Source: Alkalispirochaeta sp. (GTDB lineage: Bacteria > Spirochaetota > Spirochaetia > DSM-27196 > Alkalispirochaetaceae). From it: DNA of 64,000 bases. This document shows, piece by piece, positions 11,578 through 21,791 of the stretch. The notes under the pieces are model-generated. The model saw only the letters and a list, made by a program, of their open reading frames with translations, did no database searches and was not told the DNA's origin. The DNA is taken from positions 224,001-288,000 of the forward strand of contig CBDESZ010000004.1 in assembly GCA_965242725.1 (NCBI GenBank), given 5' to 3'. How positions within the stretch are numbered: the stretch's first letter is position 1; each line of letters starts with the position of its first letter. The position numbers and the translations under genes were made by a program.

Positions 11578-12174
11578 CTAGATTTCGGCGGGCGTATCAG
11601 CCGTCCCGCGGTGAGAGGAAACGCTGTGTGCCGCCTCGGTGTACAAGGTACGTCCGAGGTCGTAGGCGCCGAGGTTTTCGGTAACCGCCGCCGGAGAGAT
11701 GCGACGAAATCGCTCGGCAATGGCGTCACGGAGCGCTGCGTCGCCGACGATGCCGGTGGCTCCGATGAGAACTCCCAGGGCACACACATTGGCGCTCCGG
11801 GAGGAGCCAAAGGAACGCTGTGTCCGTTCGATAATGGGCAGGGCAAACTGCCGACAGTCGACTCTTGTCGTGACGGCCGCTTCGGTGCTGTCGTTTATCA
11901 GAATGCCGCCCGGCCGGAGGAGCGAAAGGTGGGCGTGCAGCCCCCTGCGGTGAAGACACACGAGAACATGGGCCTGTTCAACCTTTGGATAGAGAACGGG
12001 GTCGTCCGATACGGTGACATCCGCACGGCTCAGGCCTCCCCGCATTTCCGCGCCGTAGCTTTGACTTTGTACGGCGTGGCGGTTTTCAAATACAACCGCC
12101 GCCTCGGCGAGAAGGATGCCGGCGCTGATAACGCCCTGACCACCGACCCCCGTCACAATCACTTTCCACGTCAT
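11578..12174 (-). CDS. korC: 2-oxoacid:ferredoxin oxidoreductase gamma subunit
   Basis: GVGGQGVISAG, QSYGAEMRGG. Confidence 0.9.
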   Translation of the reverse strand: MTWKVIVTGVGGQGVISAGILLAEAAVVFENRHAVQSQSYGAEMRGGLSRADVTVSDDPVLYPKVEQAHVLVCLHRRGLHAHLSLLRPGGILINDSTEAAVTTRVDCRQFALPIIERTQRSFGSSRSANVCALGVLIGATGIVGDAALRDAIAERFRRISPAAVTENLGAYDLGRTLYTEAAHSVSSHRGTADTPAEI

Positions 12175-13001
12175 GATTTATCTTCTCCGGCCGCTTCCCG
12201 GGCCGCTTCCCGGGCAGCTTTAATCACGGCGGCGTACTGTTCGCAGTATTCCGGGCGTTCCTCTTCAAGAAAGACTCCCCGGGGAATCTTGCCCTCCGGT
12301 ATCGATCCGTCCGGACGGACCGGAGCGGTGTCCCGTTTATAGGACCTGAGCATTTCCACCGAATCGGGCTGGCCGTTTTTTCTTCCGAAGTGGGTGGGGC
12401 ACTGGGCCATGATCTCCACCACGGAAAACCCTTTATGGGTTATTGCCCGGGCGATATATTCTTCAATCTCGTGTACGTGAAAGGTCGTGGTCCTGGCGAC
12501 AAAACTCGCACCCGCCGCGCGGGCGAGGCTTACGATATCGAAAGATGGGTCCATCGTCGTATACGGTGCCGTTGTCGCGTCGATGCCGCATCCGGACATC
12601 GGAGAAAACTGACCTCCCGTCATGCCGTATATTCGGTTGTTCATGATCAATACGGTCATATCGATATTCCGACGCGCGGCGTGAATAAAGTGGTTGCCTC
12701 CGATGGCGAGACCGTCACCGTCGCCCATGGGTACGACGATTTTCAGTTCCGGCCGACTCATTTTGACCCCCGTGGCAAAGGCGAGGGCCCTGCCGTGGAG
12801 GGTGTGGAGGGTATGAACGTCGACGTATCCCGATATCCGGGCGGAACATCCGATGCCCGATACGACGACGATGTCATTCTTCGGTAACTTCAGTCGATCA
12901 AATGCGCGAATCAATCCGTTCAGGACGGTACCGTGACCGCATCCGGGACACCATATATGGGGAAAGAAACGGGTGCGTATATAGTGGTCAGGCCCGTTCA
13001 T
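12171..13001 (-). CDS. korB: 2-oxoacid:ferredoxin oxidoreductase beta subunit (TPP-binding)
   Basis: WCPGCGHG, SGIGCS, GDGD...NN, YGMTGGQ. Confidence 0.93.
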   Translation of the reverse strand: MNGPDHYIRTRFFPHIWCPGCGHGTVLNGLIRAFDRLKLPKNDIVVVSGIGCSARISGYVDVHTLHTLHGRALAFATGVKMSRPELKIVVPMGDGDGLAIGGNHFIHAARRNIDMTVLIMNNRIYGMTGGQFSPMSGCGIDATTAPYTTMDPSFDIVSLARAAGASFVARTTTFHVHEIEEYIARAITHKGFSVVEIMAQCPTHFGRKNGQPDSVEMLRSYKRDTAPVRPDGSIPEGKIPRGVFLEEERPEYCEQYAAVIKAAREAAREAAGEDKS

Positions 13002-14167
13002 TCGCCCTGTCCCTCAACGACCCTGAGGACCCGTCGAATATCGCGGGGCGTGATGAATCGCCCGTCAACGCGATTTGAAAGAAAGACGCTGCGGGGATTA
13101 TCGACGGCGTTCCGCACCTGCTGATGGACCTGTCCCATATTCATCTCCACGACGATGCACGCCTGGGCGTTTCGACACGCTTCCCGTACCAGACGCGCCG
13201 GAAAAGGCCACAGGGTCTGGAGTTCCAGAAAGCCGAGGCGCCGTCCGTTTTGTCGAGCTTCGGTTACCACCTGCAGGGTGGATCGCGCCGGTGACCCGTA
13301 TGAAATGAGGACCACTTCCGCGTCGTCCAGGTATTCGCCCCGGCAGGCGGCGATCTCGTCGGCACGAAGATCGATCTTGTCGTGGAGATGGTGTATGAGG
13401 TCATCCACCACCGTCGGATCCGTCGACGGAAATCCCCACATATCGTGGTACAGCCCCGTTACGTTATAGCGGTGTACGCCGCCAAAGTCGGACATCGGTA
13501 TGCGGCCGTCTTCCCGGGCAAGATAGGGGTGGTAGTCCACTCCTTCAGGAACGGATGTCCGCAGCCGGTCAACGAGTTGCAGTTCCCCGGGGTCCGGCAC
13601 CTGCAGCCGTTCCCTCATGTGGGCGAGCATTTCATCAAAGAGGACGACCACCGGGGTCCGGTACATTTCGGCAAGATTGAATGCACGAACGGTCGTCTCA
13701 AAAAGCGCCTGGTGGTTTGATGCGGTGAGGGCGATAATGGCGTGATCACCATGGGTGCCCCATCGCACCTGGTTGACGTCCCCCTGGCTTCCCTGGGTGG
13801 GAAGACCCGTTGACGGTCCGCCTCTCATGACGTCGACGACCACGCAGGGAATTTCAGCCATCACCGCAAATCCGAGCGTCTCCTGCATCAGCGAGAATCC
13901 GGGACCGCTCGTCGCGGTCATCACCTTGTTTCCCGTGAGGGAAGCGCCGATGATTGCCGCCATTGACGAAATTTCGTCCTCCATCTGGATGAAGGTACCG
14001 CCCCGGGCGGGAAGACGGCGGCTGAGAATTTCAGCTATCTCTGAGGAGGGGGTGATGGGGTATCCCGCAAAGAAGGTGAGCCCGGCGTACAGCGCCGCTT
14101 CGGCACATACCTCATTACCCTGGATGAGTACGGGACGTCGCGCGTGACTGCCGGGGATGATACTCAT
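12998..14167 (-). CDS. korA: 2-oxoacid:ferredoxin oxidoreductase alpha subunit
   Basis: GYPITPSSEI, QMEDE, TATSGPGFSLM, RGGPSTGLPT. Confidence 0.93.
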   Translation of the reverse strand: MSIIPGSHARRPVLIQGNEVCAEAALYAGLTFFAGYPITPSSEIAEILSRRLPARGGTFIQMEDEISSMAAIIGASLTGNKVMTATSGPGFSLMQETLGFAVMAEIPCVVVDVMRGGPSTGLPTQGSQGDVNQVRWGTHGDHAIIALTASNHQALFETTVRAFNLAEMYRTPVVVLFDEMLAHMRERLQVPDPGELQLVDRLRTSVPEGVDYHPYLAREDGRIPMSDFGGVHRYNVTGLYHDMWGFPSTDPTVVDDLIHHLHDKIDLRADEIAACRGEYLDDAEVVLISYGSPARSTLQVVTEARQNGRRLGFLELQTLWPFPARLVREACRNAQACIVVEMNMGQVHQQVRNAVDNPRSVFLSNRVDGRFITPRDIRRVLRVVEGQGE

Positions 14168-14169
14168 CG

Positions 14170-14412
14170 CTATGCCGTGCCTTCCGCCGGGCGGATTTCC
14201 GTTGAATTGGAACGGTAGACAAGTTGAATTGCCAGGTCGGGGCACATGCGTTCACACAACTCACAGGCGACACATGCATCGAGATGGGCGACGGATACCG
14301 TGCCGTCCGGATCGGTCGTGAATACTGAGACGGGACAAAAGGCGGAGCATATTCCACATCGTTTGCACCATTCCTGATTGATGTCTATCGCGTATACCCG
14401 TCGTTTTGCCAT
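14170..14412 (-). CDS. korD: 2x[4Fe-4S] ferredoxin-like delta subunit
   Basis: CKRCGICSAFCP and CVACELCERMCP; first gene of the kor operon. Confidence 0.9.
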   Translation of the reverse strand: MAKRRVYAIDINQEWCKRCGICSAFCPVSVFTTDPDGTVSVAHLDACVACELCERMCPDLAIQLVYRSNSTEIRPAEGTA

Positions 14413-14520
14413 AGGAGGTCGCTACAAATATTAAAACACGCGTCTTGAGGTGAGACAAGCTTTATGTGCAGTTGTCGTCGCGGTGCGCCGTCGGCGGACG
14501 GGAAAATAGCTTTCAGGCCC

Positions 14521-14549
14521 TTGCGACCCCGTAGTGGGCGCGATACACT
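14521..14549 (+). promoter_or_regulatory. sigma70-type promoter of the GH57 gene (very short leader)
   Basis: TTGCGA-17-TACACT, 11 nt before ATG 14561, no SD. Confidence 0.5.
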
Positions 14550-14560
14550 GTGCAGCACCG

Positions 14561-16645
14561 ATGAGCCCTATCCACCTCATCCTGGGGTCTCAAAACAGCC
14601 AGGCCGTCGATCTGGCGCAGAGTGATCAGGATGCATTATACGAGTATTCCTACAAGCCTCTGTTGAAGCTGCTCTACAACCACAAGCATATCCGATTCAC
14701 GATGTATTACTCGGGACTGCTTATCGAGTGGCTGGAGAAACATCACACCGAGTTTGTGGACGTTCTGACGGAGATGGTAAAGCGTCGACAGGTGGAACTT
14801 CTGGGGGGCGCATACTTTGAGCCCATTCTGCCTTTGATACCGAAGACGGACCGGATCGGGCAGATAGAACGGCTCACCACGCATATACGCAAGTGTTTCG
14901 GCAGGCGCCCGCGAGGGGCGTGGATTCCCGAAAGCATCTGGGACCAGCGCATTGCGGCCAATCTCAAGGCGGGAGGGATCGAGTACGCCTTTCTCAGGGA
15001 TACGGCATTCTCCTTCGGTACCGATGAGCCTTCAGGGAACGGCAATGTGGAACGGTGCGCCACGGGCAACGGTCACATCACTGTTGACTCGGATCGTTCC
15101 GGCGTCGGCAAGGTGGGGCATCACCCGGTATTGACGGAAGATCAGGGGAAGACACTGATTCTGCTTCCCCTTGACCATGACCTCTCGCAACGGATGTTTG
15201 TCTCCTCCCCGGAGGAGATTATCGCGGAGCTGCAGGGAATTTCTGAAAATTCATTGGTTGACGGCAACGGGATGTCCCCGAGGCCGCTGGTTTCGCTCAT
15301 TTTTGACGGGAACGTCGTCGGGTTCAATGCCGAGACCTCAAGGGAGCGGATGCAGTGGTTTGAGTCGTTTCTCTCCCTTTTGACTGAAAACTCCGACTGG
15401 ATCAGGGTGAGCACGCCACAGCGGGTGCTCCGAGACTATCAGCCCCGAAGCAGAAGGTACGCACCGGTTAGCTCCCTCTACGGAATGATGGCGTGGCTGC
15501 GACGTGTCTTTCCTGAACTCACCACCGACGCCGTATCCGGCGATCGATGGCGGAGTTTTCGCTCCGTCATGGAGGTCTATCCGGAGAGCGGCCGCCTTTA
15601 TGCCAAGATGCAGCACACCCACGTCCTGGTCAATCAGGTCCGTGGTGACAAGTACCGGAAAATGACGGCTCGGGAAGAGTTGTGGCGCGGCCAAAGCCAT
15701 TTTGCCTATTGGCTCAATCCGACGGGGGGCATTTACCGGTCGGGACTGCGGAAGGCGACGTACGCCGCACTCATCGAAGCGGAAAAGACGACCCGTGAAC
15801 GGGGCATTTTCATTCCGTCCCTTTCCCGGGTCGACGTGGATCTGGACGGTGAAGAAGAAATCCTCTATCAGGGGAATGAACTGAACGTTTACGTGGACAG
15901 GTCGGGGGCGAGCGTCTTTGAACTGGACTATCTGGACAAAAACTGGAACTACCTCGATACCTTTCGACGCCGGCCCGAACCCTTTCATGACGAAGCGTCG
16001 ATCTCCGCCGGGTACGATGACTGGCAGCGTGGCGCCTTTGTGGACCACCTCCTCACGGCAGGTCACGACATGGATCAGTTTACCCGGGGAGAACGGGACC
16101 ATTTCTGCCGTCTCGACGGGCGGGACTACACGATCGCCAGTCTCGACAAGGAACACAACACGGTCGTCCTTGAGACGTCATGTACGGCACCTGACTCATT
16201 CAGCAGAATCGGAATACGAAAAACCTATCGGTTTATGAAGAATCGGGTGGAAGTGGAATATCGTCTCACCAATACAGGCATGGAAGGGGTGCGATTTGAC
16301 CACGGATGCGAGATCAACCTCTCCTTTCACTCCCTCGACCCGGGAAAACTGCGCATCCATCTCCGTCAGGGACGGCAGCGCCAGGAGATATCACCCGACC
16401 GGTTTACCGCCGAAGGTATTTCCGACATTCAATTCTTTGATCTGCACAACAATACGACGCTGACGGTGAACCCGTCGGATCGGCCTGAATTGTGGAGCTT
16501 TCCCGTTGAGGCGGTGGGTGTGCTTTGGGACAGGCCGCACTGGTTTTACCAGTCCAACTGCATCGTCCTCACGTGGCCTACGCAACTTGACGCAGGTGCG
16601 ACAAAAACGACGTCGGTATCTCTGAAAATCGAAAATACAAAGTGA
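14561..16645 (+). CDS. Glycoside hydrolase family 57 protein (4-alpha-glucanotransferase/amylase-like, DUF1925/DUF1926 architecture)
   Basis: SYKPLL, VELLGGAYFEPILPLIP, PRGAWIPESIW (nucleophile Glu), YPESGRLYAKM, GGIY, D.DLDG.EE. Confidence 0.85.
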   Translation: MSPIHLILGSQNSQAVDLAQSDQDALYEYSYKPLLKLLYNHKHIRFTMYYSGLLIEWLEKHHTEFVDVLTEMVKRRQVELLGGAYFEPILPLIPKTDRIGQIERLTTHIRKCFGRRPRGAWIPESIWDQRIAANLKAGGIEYAFLRDTAFSFGTDEPSGNGNVERCATGNGHITVDSDRSGVGKVGHHPVLTEDQGKTLILLPLDHDLSQRMFVSSPEEIIAELQGISENSLVDGNGMSPRPLVSLIFDGNVVGFNAETSRERMQWFESFLSLLTENSDWIRVSTPQRVLRDYQPRSRRYAPVSSLYGMMAWLRRVFPELTTDAVSGDRWRSFRSVMEVYPESGRLYAKMQHTHVLVNQVRGDKYRKMTAREELWRGQSHFAYWLNPTGGIYRSGLRKATYAALIEAEKTTRERGIFIPSLSRVDVDLDGEEEILYQGNELNVYVDRSGASVFELDYLDKNWNYLDTFRRRPEPFHDEASISAGYDDWQRGAFVDHLLTAGHDMDQFTRGERDHFCRLDGRDYTIASLDKEHNTVVLETSCTAPDSFSRIGIRKTYRFMKNRVEVEYRLTNTGMEGVRFDHGCEINLSFHSLDPGKLRIHLRQGRQRQEISPDRFTAEGISDIQFFDLHNNTTLTVNPSDRPELWSFPVEAVGVLWDRPHWFYQSNCIVLTWPTQLDAGATKTTSVSLKIENTK

Positions 16646-16680
16646 TTTCCGGCTATCAGCCGACCCGTGCCGCCCCTCCT

Positions 16681-17973
16681 TTATCGGCGGGGCAGGAGAA
16701 TTCCGTCCATCCAGGGTTTCGCACGGGTGTAGAGGTCGCCCTTGGACGCGAGAAGAAACTCAACGAATGCAGGCTCCATCCGGCCGTCAAAGTAGAGAGA
16801 CTGGCCAAGATAGAATCGGACGCGACGTTCCAGAGGCTCGCTTAATGGGAGGGTAAGAAGGTTCCGCAGGAGATCTGCAGCCCGCGCGTAGTGGCCGTCG
16901 GAAAAGTCCGTTGCAACGATCTGGTTGAGCGTTCTTTCCGCTCCTTCCGCACGTCGGGCCCGTTCTTCCGGCAATATGACCGGCTCCGGAGAGAAACGCG
17001 TCGGCTCGGGAGCGCGGGAGAGGAGGTAACGTACCGCCGTCTCCGTCTCTCCCTTCAGCGGCGCATCTGAACGCCGGGGAACGGGATTCAGGGCGAGTCG
17101 TTCACCGGTGCGAATGTCCCTGGCGATTTGAAGAATGGGGAGCGGAGCTCGTCGTTTTGTTGCCTGGGGAAACTGAATGTTCACGGGCTGGATTGATGCA
17201 AGACCGATTCGCACCGAGTCTGCAAGGGTATTGTCCCCGGGTTTCAGCTCCAGACTGCCACGCTCAACGAGTGCCTTATCGACGACGGCGTAGTAGTAGT
17301 CCACGCCGGGAACGGGATAGTCCGCAAAACGGCGGGTGGTGCTCTCAAATTCATCGATCAAGGTGGCGGTGTGTATATCGGACTCCGCGCGAAGGGGGGT
17401 GGTGCTTCGGTAGACGACAAGATCACGTCCTCCCCGGGAGGGCTCAAACCGAACGACCACCGCATTGTCCTGAACAATGGCATCGATGTTGTAGACCGCT
17501 GCGGCGAGGTCCTCTTCCGTTTCAAGCTGGGCAACGGTGACCGCCCGGATCGTCTTATTCCGAAAGGGGACAAAGATGGGGTAGATCGTGTCGGCTCCGT
17601 CGGTCGCAATAACCGCGTAGAAATACTGTCCCTCTTCCAGCGGAGTATCCAGGTACGTCTCGGTTCCTGCGGCAACTTCCGCGACCAGGGTCGCATTTCC
17701 AAAGGTGTCTGCCGTAATTTCCCTGGTGTGGCGATAAACCCGGTATGCGCCTCCATCAAGATCTTCCGCGTCCCGCCACGTCAGCCTGACCTGGGGATCC
17801 CGAACGGCGACCCGGAGGCGTGAGATGAACGGTGCAAAGACGTCCCGATCCTCAGCGGTGAGGTCGGACTGACCACCCTCAGACGTTTCCTGTGCGACCG
17901 CAGGAAAAAGCGGCAGCGTCGCAAGCAGGACCAGTATAGTGATCATTATCGATTGGCGTTTCGTCGAGAACAT
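16681..17973 (-). CDS. Secreted hypothetical protein with two FN3-like repeats and a C-terminal TPR-like helix pair
   Basis: Signal peptide, repeated VYR...D.P....Y.YAV motifs, RFYLGQSLYFDG. Confidence 0.7.
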   Translation of the reverse strand: MFSTKRQSIMITILVLLATLPLFPAVAQETSEGGQSDLTAEDRDVFAPFISRLRVAVRDPQVRLTWRDAEDLDGGAYRVYRHTREITADTFGNATLVAEVAAGTETYLDTPLEEGQYFYAVIATDGADTIYPIFVPFRNKTIRAVTVAQLETEEDLAAAVYNIDAIVQDNAVVVRFEPSRGGRDLVVYRSTTPLRAESDIHTATLIDEFESTTRRFADYPVPGVDYYYAVVDKALVERGSLELKPGDNTLADSVRIGLASIQPVNIQFPQATKRRAPLPILQIARDIRTGERLALNPVPRRSDAPLKGETETAVRYLLSRAPEPTRFSPEPVILPEERARRAEGAERTLNQIVATDFSDGHYARAADLLRNLLTLPLSEPLERRVRFYLGQSLYFDGRMEPAFVEFLLASKGDLYTRAKPWMDGILLPRR

Positions 17974-18012
17974 CTCACACTCCCTCTTAACACTAATCGG
18001 CAATCTTTCCCG

Positions 18013-18041
18013 TTGTCCATAGCGCCTTCCTCGATTATGAT
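18013..18041 (+). promoter_or_regulatory. sigma70-type promoter of the GltS-like gene (leaderless geometry)
   Basis: TTGTCC-17-TATGAT, 6 nt before ATG 18048. Confidence 0.6.
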
Positions 18042-18047
18042 TTCAGG

Positions 18048-19479
18048 ATGGACTTTACATGGAGCTTATTCATCGATTTTGGTGTGGTTTCCATCGGACT
18101 TCTGGCGGCAACGGCGCTAAGATACCGGTTTCGCTTTTTTCAGCGTTACCTCATACCAAACGCATTGACCGCAGGATTCCTAATCCTGCCCTTTTATAAT
18201 TACGTCGCCCCCTACCTGGGTATCGATTCCGTGCATCTGGGAGAGCTTGTGTACCATCTACTGAGTCTCTCCTTCATTTCGATGACGTTGCGGGCAACCG
18301 CTCCGCGTGCAACCGGCGGGGACGGACGGATTTTTGCAACCTCGATCGCAACGCTCTCCCAGTTTGGCGTACAGGCGTTGATCGGCCCTGCTCTTTACCT
18401 GGGTGATGATGATCACAGTGATGCCCGATCTCTTTCCGTCTTTCGGGTTTCTCCTGCCCCTTGGCTTCGCCCAGGGCCCGGGACAGGCGTATGCCATCGG
18501 TACCGGTTGGGGCCGATTCGGTTTTCTGGAGGCGGGAAGCATCGGACTGACCTTCGCCGCGATGGGATTCATATTTGCAAGCTTCGGCGGTGTGTTTCTC
18601 ATCAATTTCGGCATAAAACGAAAGTGGCTCACCGAGGAGTTCCTTAAAGGGTTTGATACGTCCGCGGTCAAGAGCGGGATCTTTCCGTCACGGAAACGGC
18701 GTCCCGTCGGCGCGGAGATGTCGACGGAAAGCGAGGCGATCGACTCCTTTACCTTTCATATCGCCCTCGTGTTTGCGGTGTATCTCCTCTCCTACGTCAT
18801 CCTGCTGGGTATTACCACGCTCCTTTCGTCTCTCGGTCCCCTTGCAACGGATCTCGCCGTGAATCTGTGGGGCATCAATTTCATCTTTTCCGCCCTCACG
18901 GGCATCCTCGTGCGTACCGTCATGCGTCGGACGGGATTGGACTATGCGGTGGACAGCAAGACCCTGACCCGGATTTCCGGTTTGTCCGTCGACGTCATGG
19001 TTGCCGCCGCCATCGGAGCGATTTCAATTGTCGTAGTCAAGGCGTACCTCCTGCCGATCATCCTTCTCTCTCTTATCGCAGGTGTGGTTACGCTGGTGAC
19101 GGTACCGTGGTTCTGTTCCCGGATCTTTACGGACCACCAGTTCCACCGGACGATGATGATATTCGGAGTGTCCACGGGTACCCTTCCGACGGGGCTGGCA
19201 TTACTGCGGGTTATCGATCCTGAGTTTGAAACGCCCGTTGCCAGTGACTACATGTATGCGTCGGGGATTACCTTTGTCCTGGCGATTCCGTTCATTCTGT
19301 CGATAAATCTTCCCGCCTACGCCGCAACGACGGGAGACATGAGGTATTTCTGGGCCGGCCTGGGTGTTGCCGCGGCGTATATCGTCCTCGTGTTTATCGC
19401 GTTCCTCTTTATTGCGAAGAAGCGCGCTTTTGCCCGGAGCTACAGGGTGTGGCTGCACCCGGAAAAGGACGACACGTAA
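18048..19479 (+). CDS. Sodium:glutamate symporter (GltS/ESS family), one apparent frameshift
   Basis: FQRYLIPNALTAG, GFAQGPGQA, FGVSTGTLPTGLALLRVIDP. ORFs 18048..18647 and 18403..19479 join on removing one C at 18386-18388. Confidence 0.85.
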
Positions 19480-19495
19480 GATACGAAAAGGGTCC

Positions 19496-19906
19496 TTATT
19501 CGCCGGCACCGTGGAACGAATCAAACCGAATGGGCAGCAGCTCTCCCAGGGTTATCGTAGAGACGATGCCCGACAGGTTTGCGATGTGGATGGGGAACTC
19601 CCGCGGGAAGAATTCCCTCAATACCTGGAGACACAACGCGCAGGGCACCGCCGGCGGATCGCCGTCGGTCACCACGACCAGGTGGTCGGCAGGGACCGAT
19701 CCGTACGTGGCGATTGCCGTAAAGAGGGCGTTCCGCTCGGCACATACGGTGGCACCATAGCTGACGTTTTCCACGTTGCACCCGGTGATGATCGCATCGT
19801 CGTGAGGAAAGTGCAGGGCGGCACCGACTTTGAATCGCGAATACGGGGTGTACGCCCGGAGGCGAACCTCTTTTGCCGAGGCAAAGCTGTCTGCGGGACC
19901 TTTCAT
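19496..19906 (-). CDS. cdd: Cytidine deaminase
   Basis: AYTPYSRFKVGAA, GCNVENVSYG, CAER, PCALCLQ. Confidence 0.95.
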   Translation of the reverse strand: MKGPADSFASAKEVRLRAYTPYSRFKVGAALHFPHDDAIITGCNVENVSYGATVCAERNALFTAIATYGSVPADHLVVVTDGDPPAVPCALCLQVLREFFPREFPIHIANLSGIVSTITLGELLPIRFDSFHGAGE

Positions 19907-19916
19907 GAGACCTGGT

Positions 19917-19945
19917 AGTGTATATCCACCATTTCCCGGCGTCAA
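19917..19945 (-). promoter_or_regulatory. sigma70-type promoter of cdd
   Basis: TTGACG-17-TACACT, 10 nt before ATG 19906, no SD. Confidence 0.6.
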
Positions 19946-19959
19946 TTCTCAATCAGTAT

Positions 19960-21148
19960 ATGCCGACACTCTTAAACAGAATGAACGGGAACACATCCTT
20001 CATTGAAAAAATGGTTCGTCGACTCCGTCGCTCCCCGTATACTGCCCCTACCGTCTTCTTCCTTGGTGTATTTATTCTCACGGGTATACTGGTCTGGGTC
20101 TTTGAATTTCCCCGGAATGAGGAATTCGTCACCGTCATGGACGGGCTGTGGTGGTCAATCATCACCTTCAGCACTACCGGTTATGGAGATAAGGTTCCCG
20201 TCACCTTTGTCGGGCGGCTCATTGCGGTCCTGACGATAATGGTCGGCATCGGCGGAACGAGCCTGTTGTCCGGTGCTCTGGCGTCGTGGCTCGTCGACAG
20301 GAACACCAAAGCGAGGAGGGGACTTATGGATTACAAAAAGTTGAAAGACCATCTGGTTATCTGCGGCTGGAAAAATGACATGAAGGAGATACTCCTCGAC
20401 ATTCTCCGGATTTCGGCCGACGTCGATTCCGACCATCTCCTTGTGGTTTCCAACGTCGAATCCGAGCGTATTGAGGAGCTGAAGGAAGACCACCGTCTTG
20501 CAGGGCTCAAGTTTGTCCGGGGCGACTATTACTCTGAAGCGGCCCTGCGCCGGGGGGAGCGTGGAAACGGCGCGAAAGGTCCTCATTCTCGCCGATACAC
20601 TTGAGAGCAGTGCAAGCAGCGAGGTTGACTCAAAGACCGTCATGACCGTCCTGACGACGAAGGCGATCTCCAGGGATATTTACGTGACCGCGGAGGTGCT
20701 GGACAAAAAGTACGAGAGCTATCTCAAACAGGCTATGTGCGACGAAATACTCTTCAGCAGGGACTTCAGCCGACAGATGCTTGCAAACACGAGCGCCACC
20801 AACGGCATGAGCCATATCATATACGATCTGCTGACCCAGTCAGGGGGCACATCACGGCTGACGACGGAAGTTGTCCCCCAGGGAAAAACTATTCATACCT
20901 ACGGTGACCTTAAAGCGCTGTTTACCGATCCGGACCGGGTCCTTCTGGGAGTCCTTGAGAACACCGGCTCCCCCAATCGCATGAAGCGTGAAGCGTTGCG
21001 GGATGCCCAGAAGACGTCAGATGTGTCACAGCTCATTTCCAATCTTCAAAAGGTCAAGGGGCTGGAAGTGAACAAGCCGCGCTTCCTGCCGCCCGACGAT
21101 CACCCCATTCAACGACACACCCACGCTATCGTGCTGGAGCGACTATGA
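19960..21148 (+). CDS. 2TM potassium channel with RCK (TrkA-N) domain, one apparent frameshift
   Basis: WWSIITFSTTGYGD selectivity filter, HLVICGW Rossmann start. Frames join at the G6 run 20552-20557. Start codon uncertain. Confidence 0.85.
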
Positions 21149-21660
21149 ACGCCAGGGACGCAACGGGGGTGAACAATTCGATCCTGCAGAAGCTCAAAGA
21201 AATTCCAATTTTTGAAGACATCAGGGACGCCGACGAGTTTATGCAGCGCCTCATCGGAATCTGCAAGCTGAAGAAGTTTCTGAAAGGCGAGACGATCATC
21301 AGGGAGGGCGACCTCGGCAGCGAGATGTTTATCGTCTATTCCGGAGCGGTCGAAATCAAGAAACGGACCCGCGCCGGCGACGATTACACGGTCGTCATTT
21401 TGAAGGCTGAGTACAATGTCTTCTTCGGTGAGTTGGCCCTCATTGACGACGACAAACGGTCTGCAACCGTTGTTGCCACGGAAGATTCGGAGTTTCTCGT
21501 CATCGAAAAAAGTGACTTCATTCGCCTGGGGAATGACAACCCCTCGATAGGATTGCCGGTGACGCGGTCGATCGCAAAAATCCTCGCCTCCCGTCTGCGG
21601 AAGACGACTGTAGATATGCTGACCCTCTTTGACGCGCTGGTCAGTGAAATCGAAGACTGA
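21145..21660 (+). CDS. Stand-alone cyclic nucleotide-binding domain protein
   Basis: IIREGDLGSEMFIVYSGAVEI and FFGELALIDDDKRSATVVA phosphate-binding cassette. No HTH. ATGA-coupled to the channel. Confidence 0.9.
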   Translation: MNARDATGVNNSILQKLKEIPIFEDIRDADEFMQRLIGICKLKKFLKGETIIREGDLGSEMFIVYSGAVEIKKRTRAGDDYTVVILKAEYNVFFGELALIDDDKRSATVVATEDSEFLVIEKSDFIRLGNDNPSIGLPVTRSIAKILASRLRKTTVDMLTLFDALVSEIED

Positions 21661-21663
21661 GAC

Positions 21664-21693
21664 AAAAAAAACCCGCCCTCACATGGGGCGGGT
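21664..21693 (-). terminator. Intrinsic terminator (U-tract on the minus strand; may act both ways)
   Basis: Minus-strand AACCCGCCCCATGTGAGGGCGGGTTTTTTT. Confidence 0.8.
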
Positions 21694-21791
21694 TGTAATG
21701 AATCTCTTCACTATCGGAAAAGATCTTTCCGATACACGGTACAAACCGTATCAGGGAGAAAGGAACCGTGAGGTTCCAACCTACGCATGCG

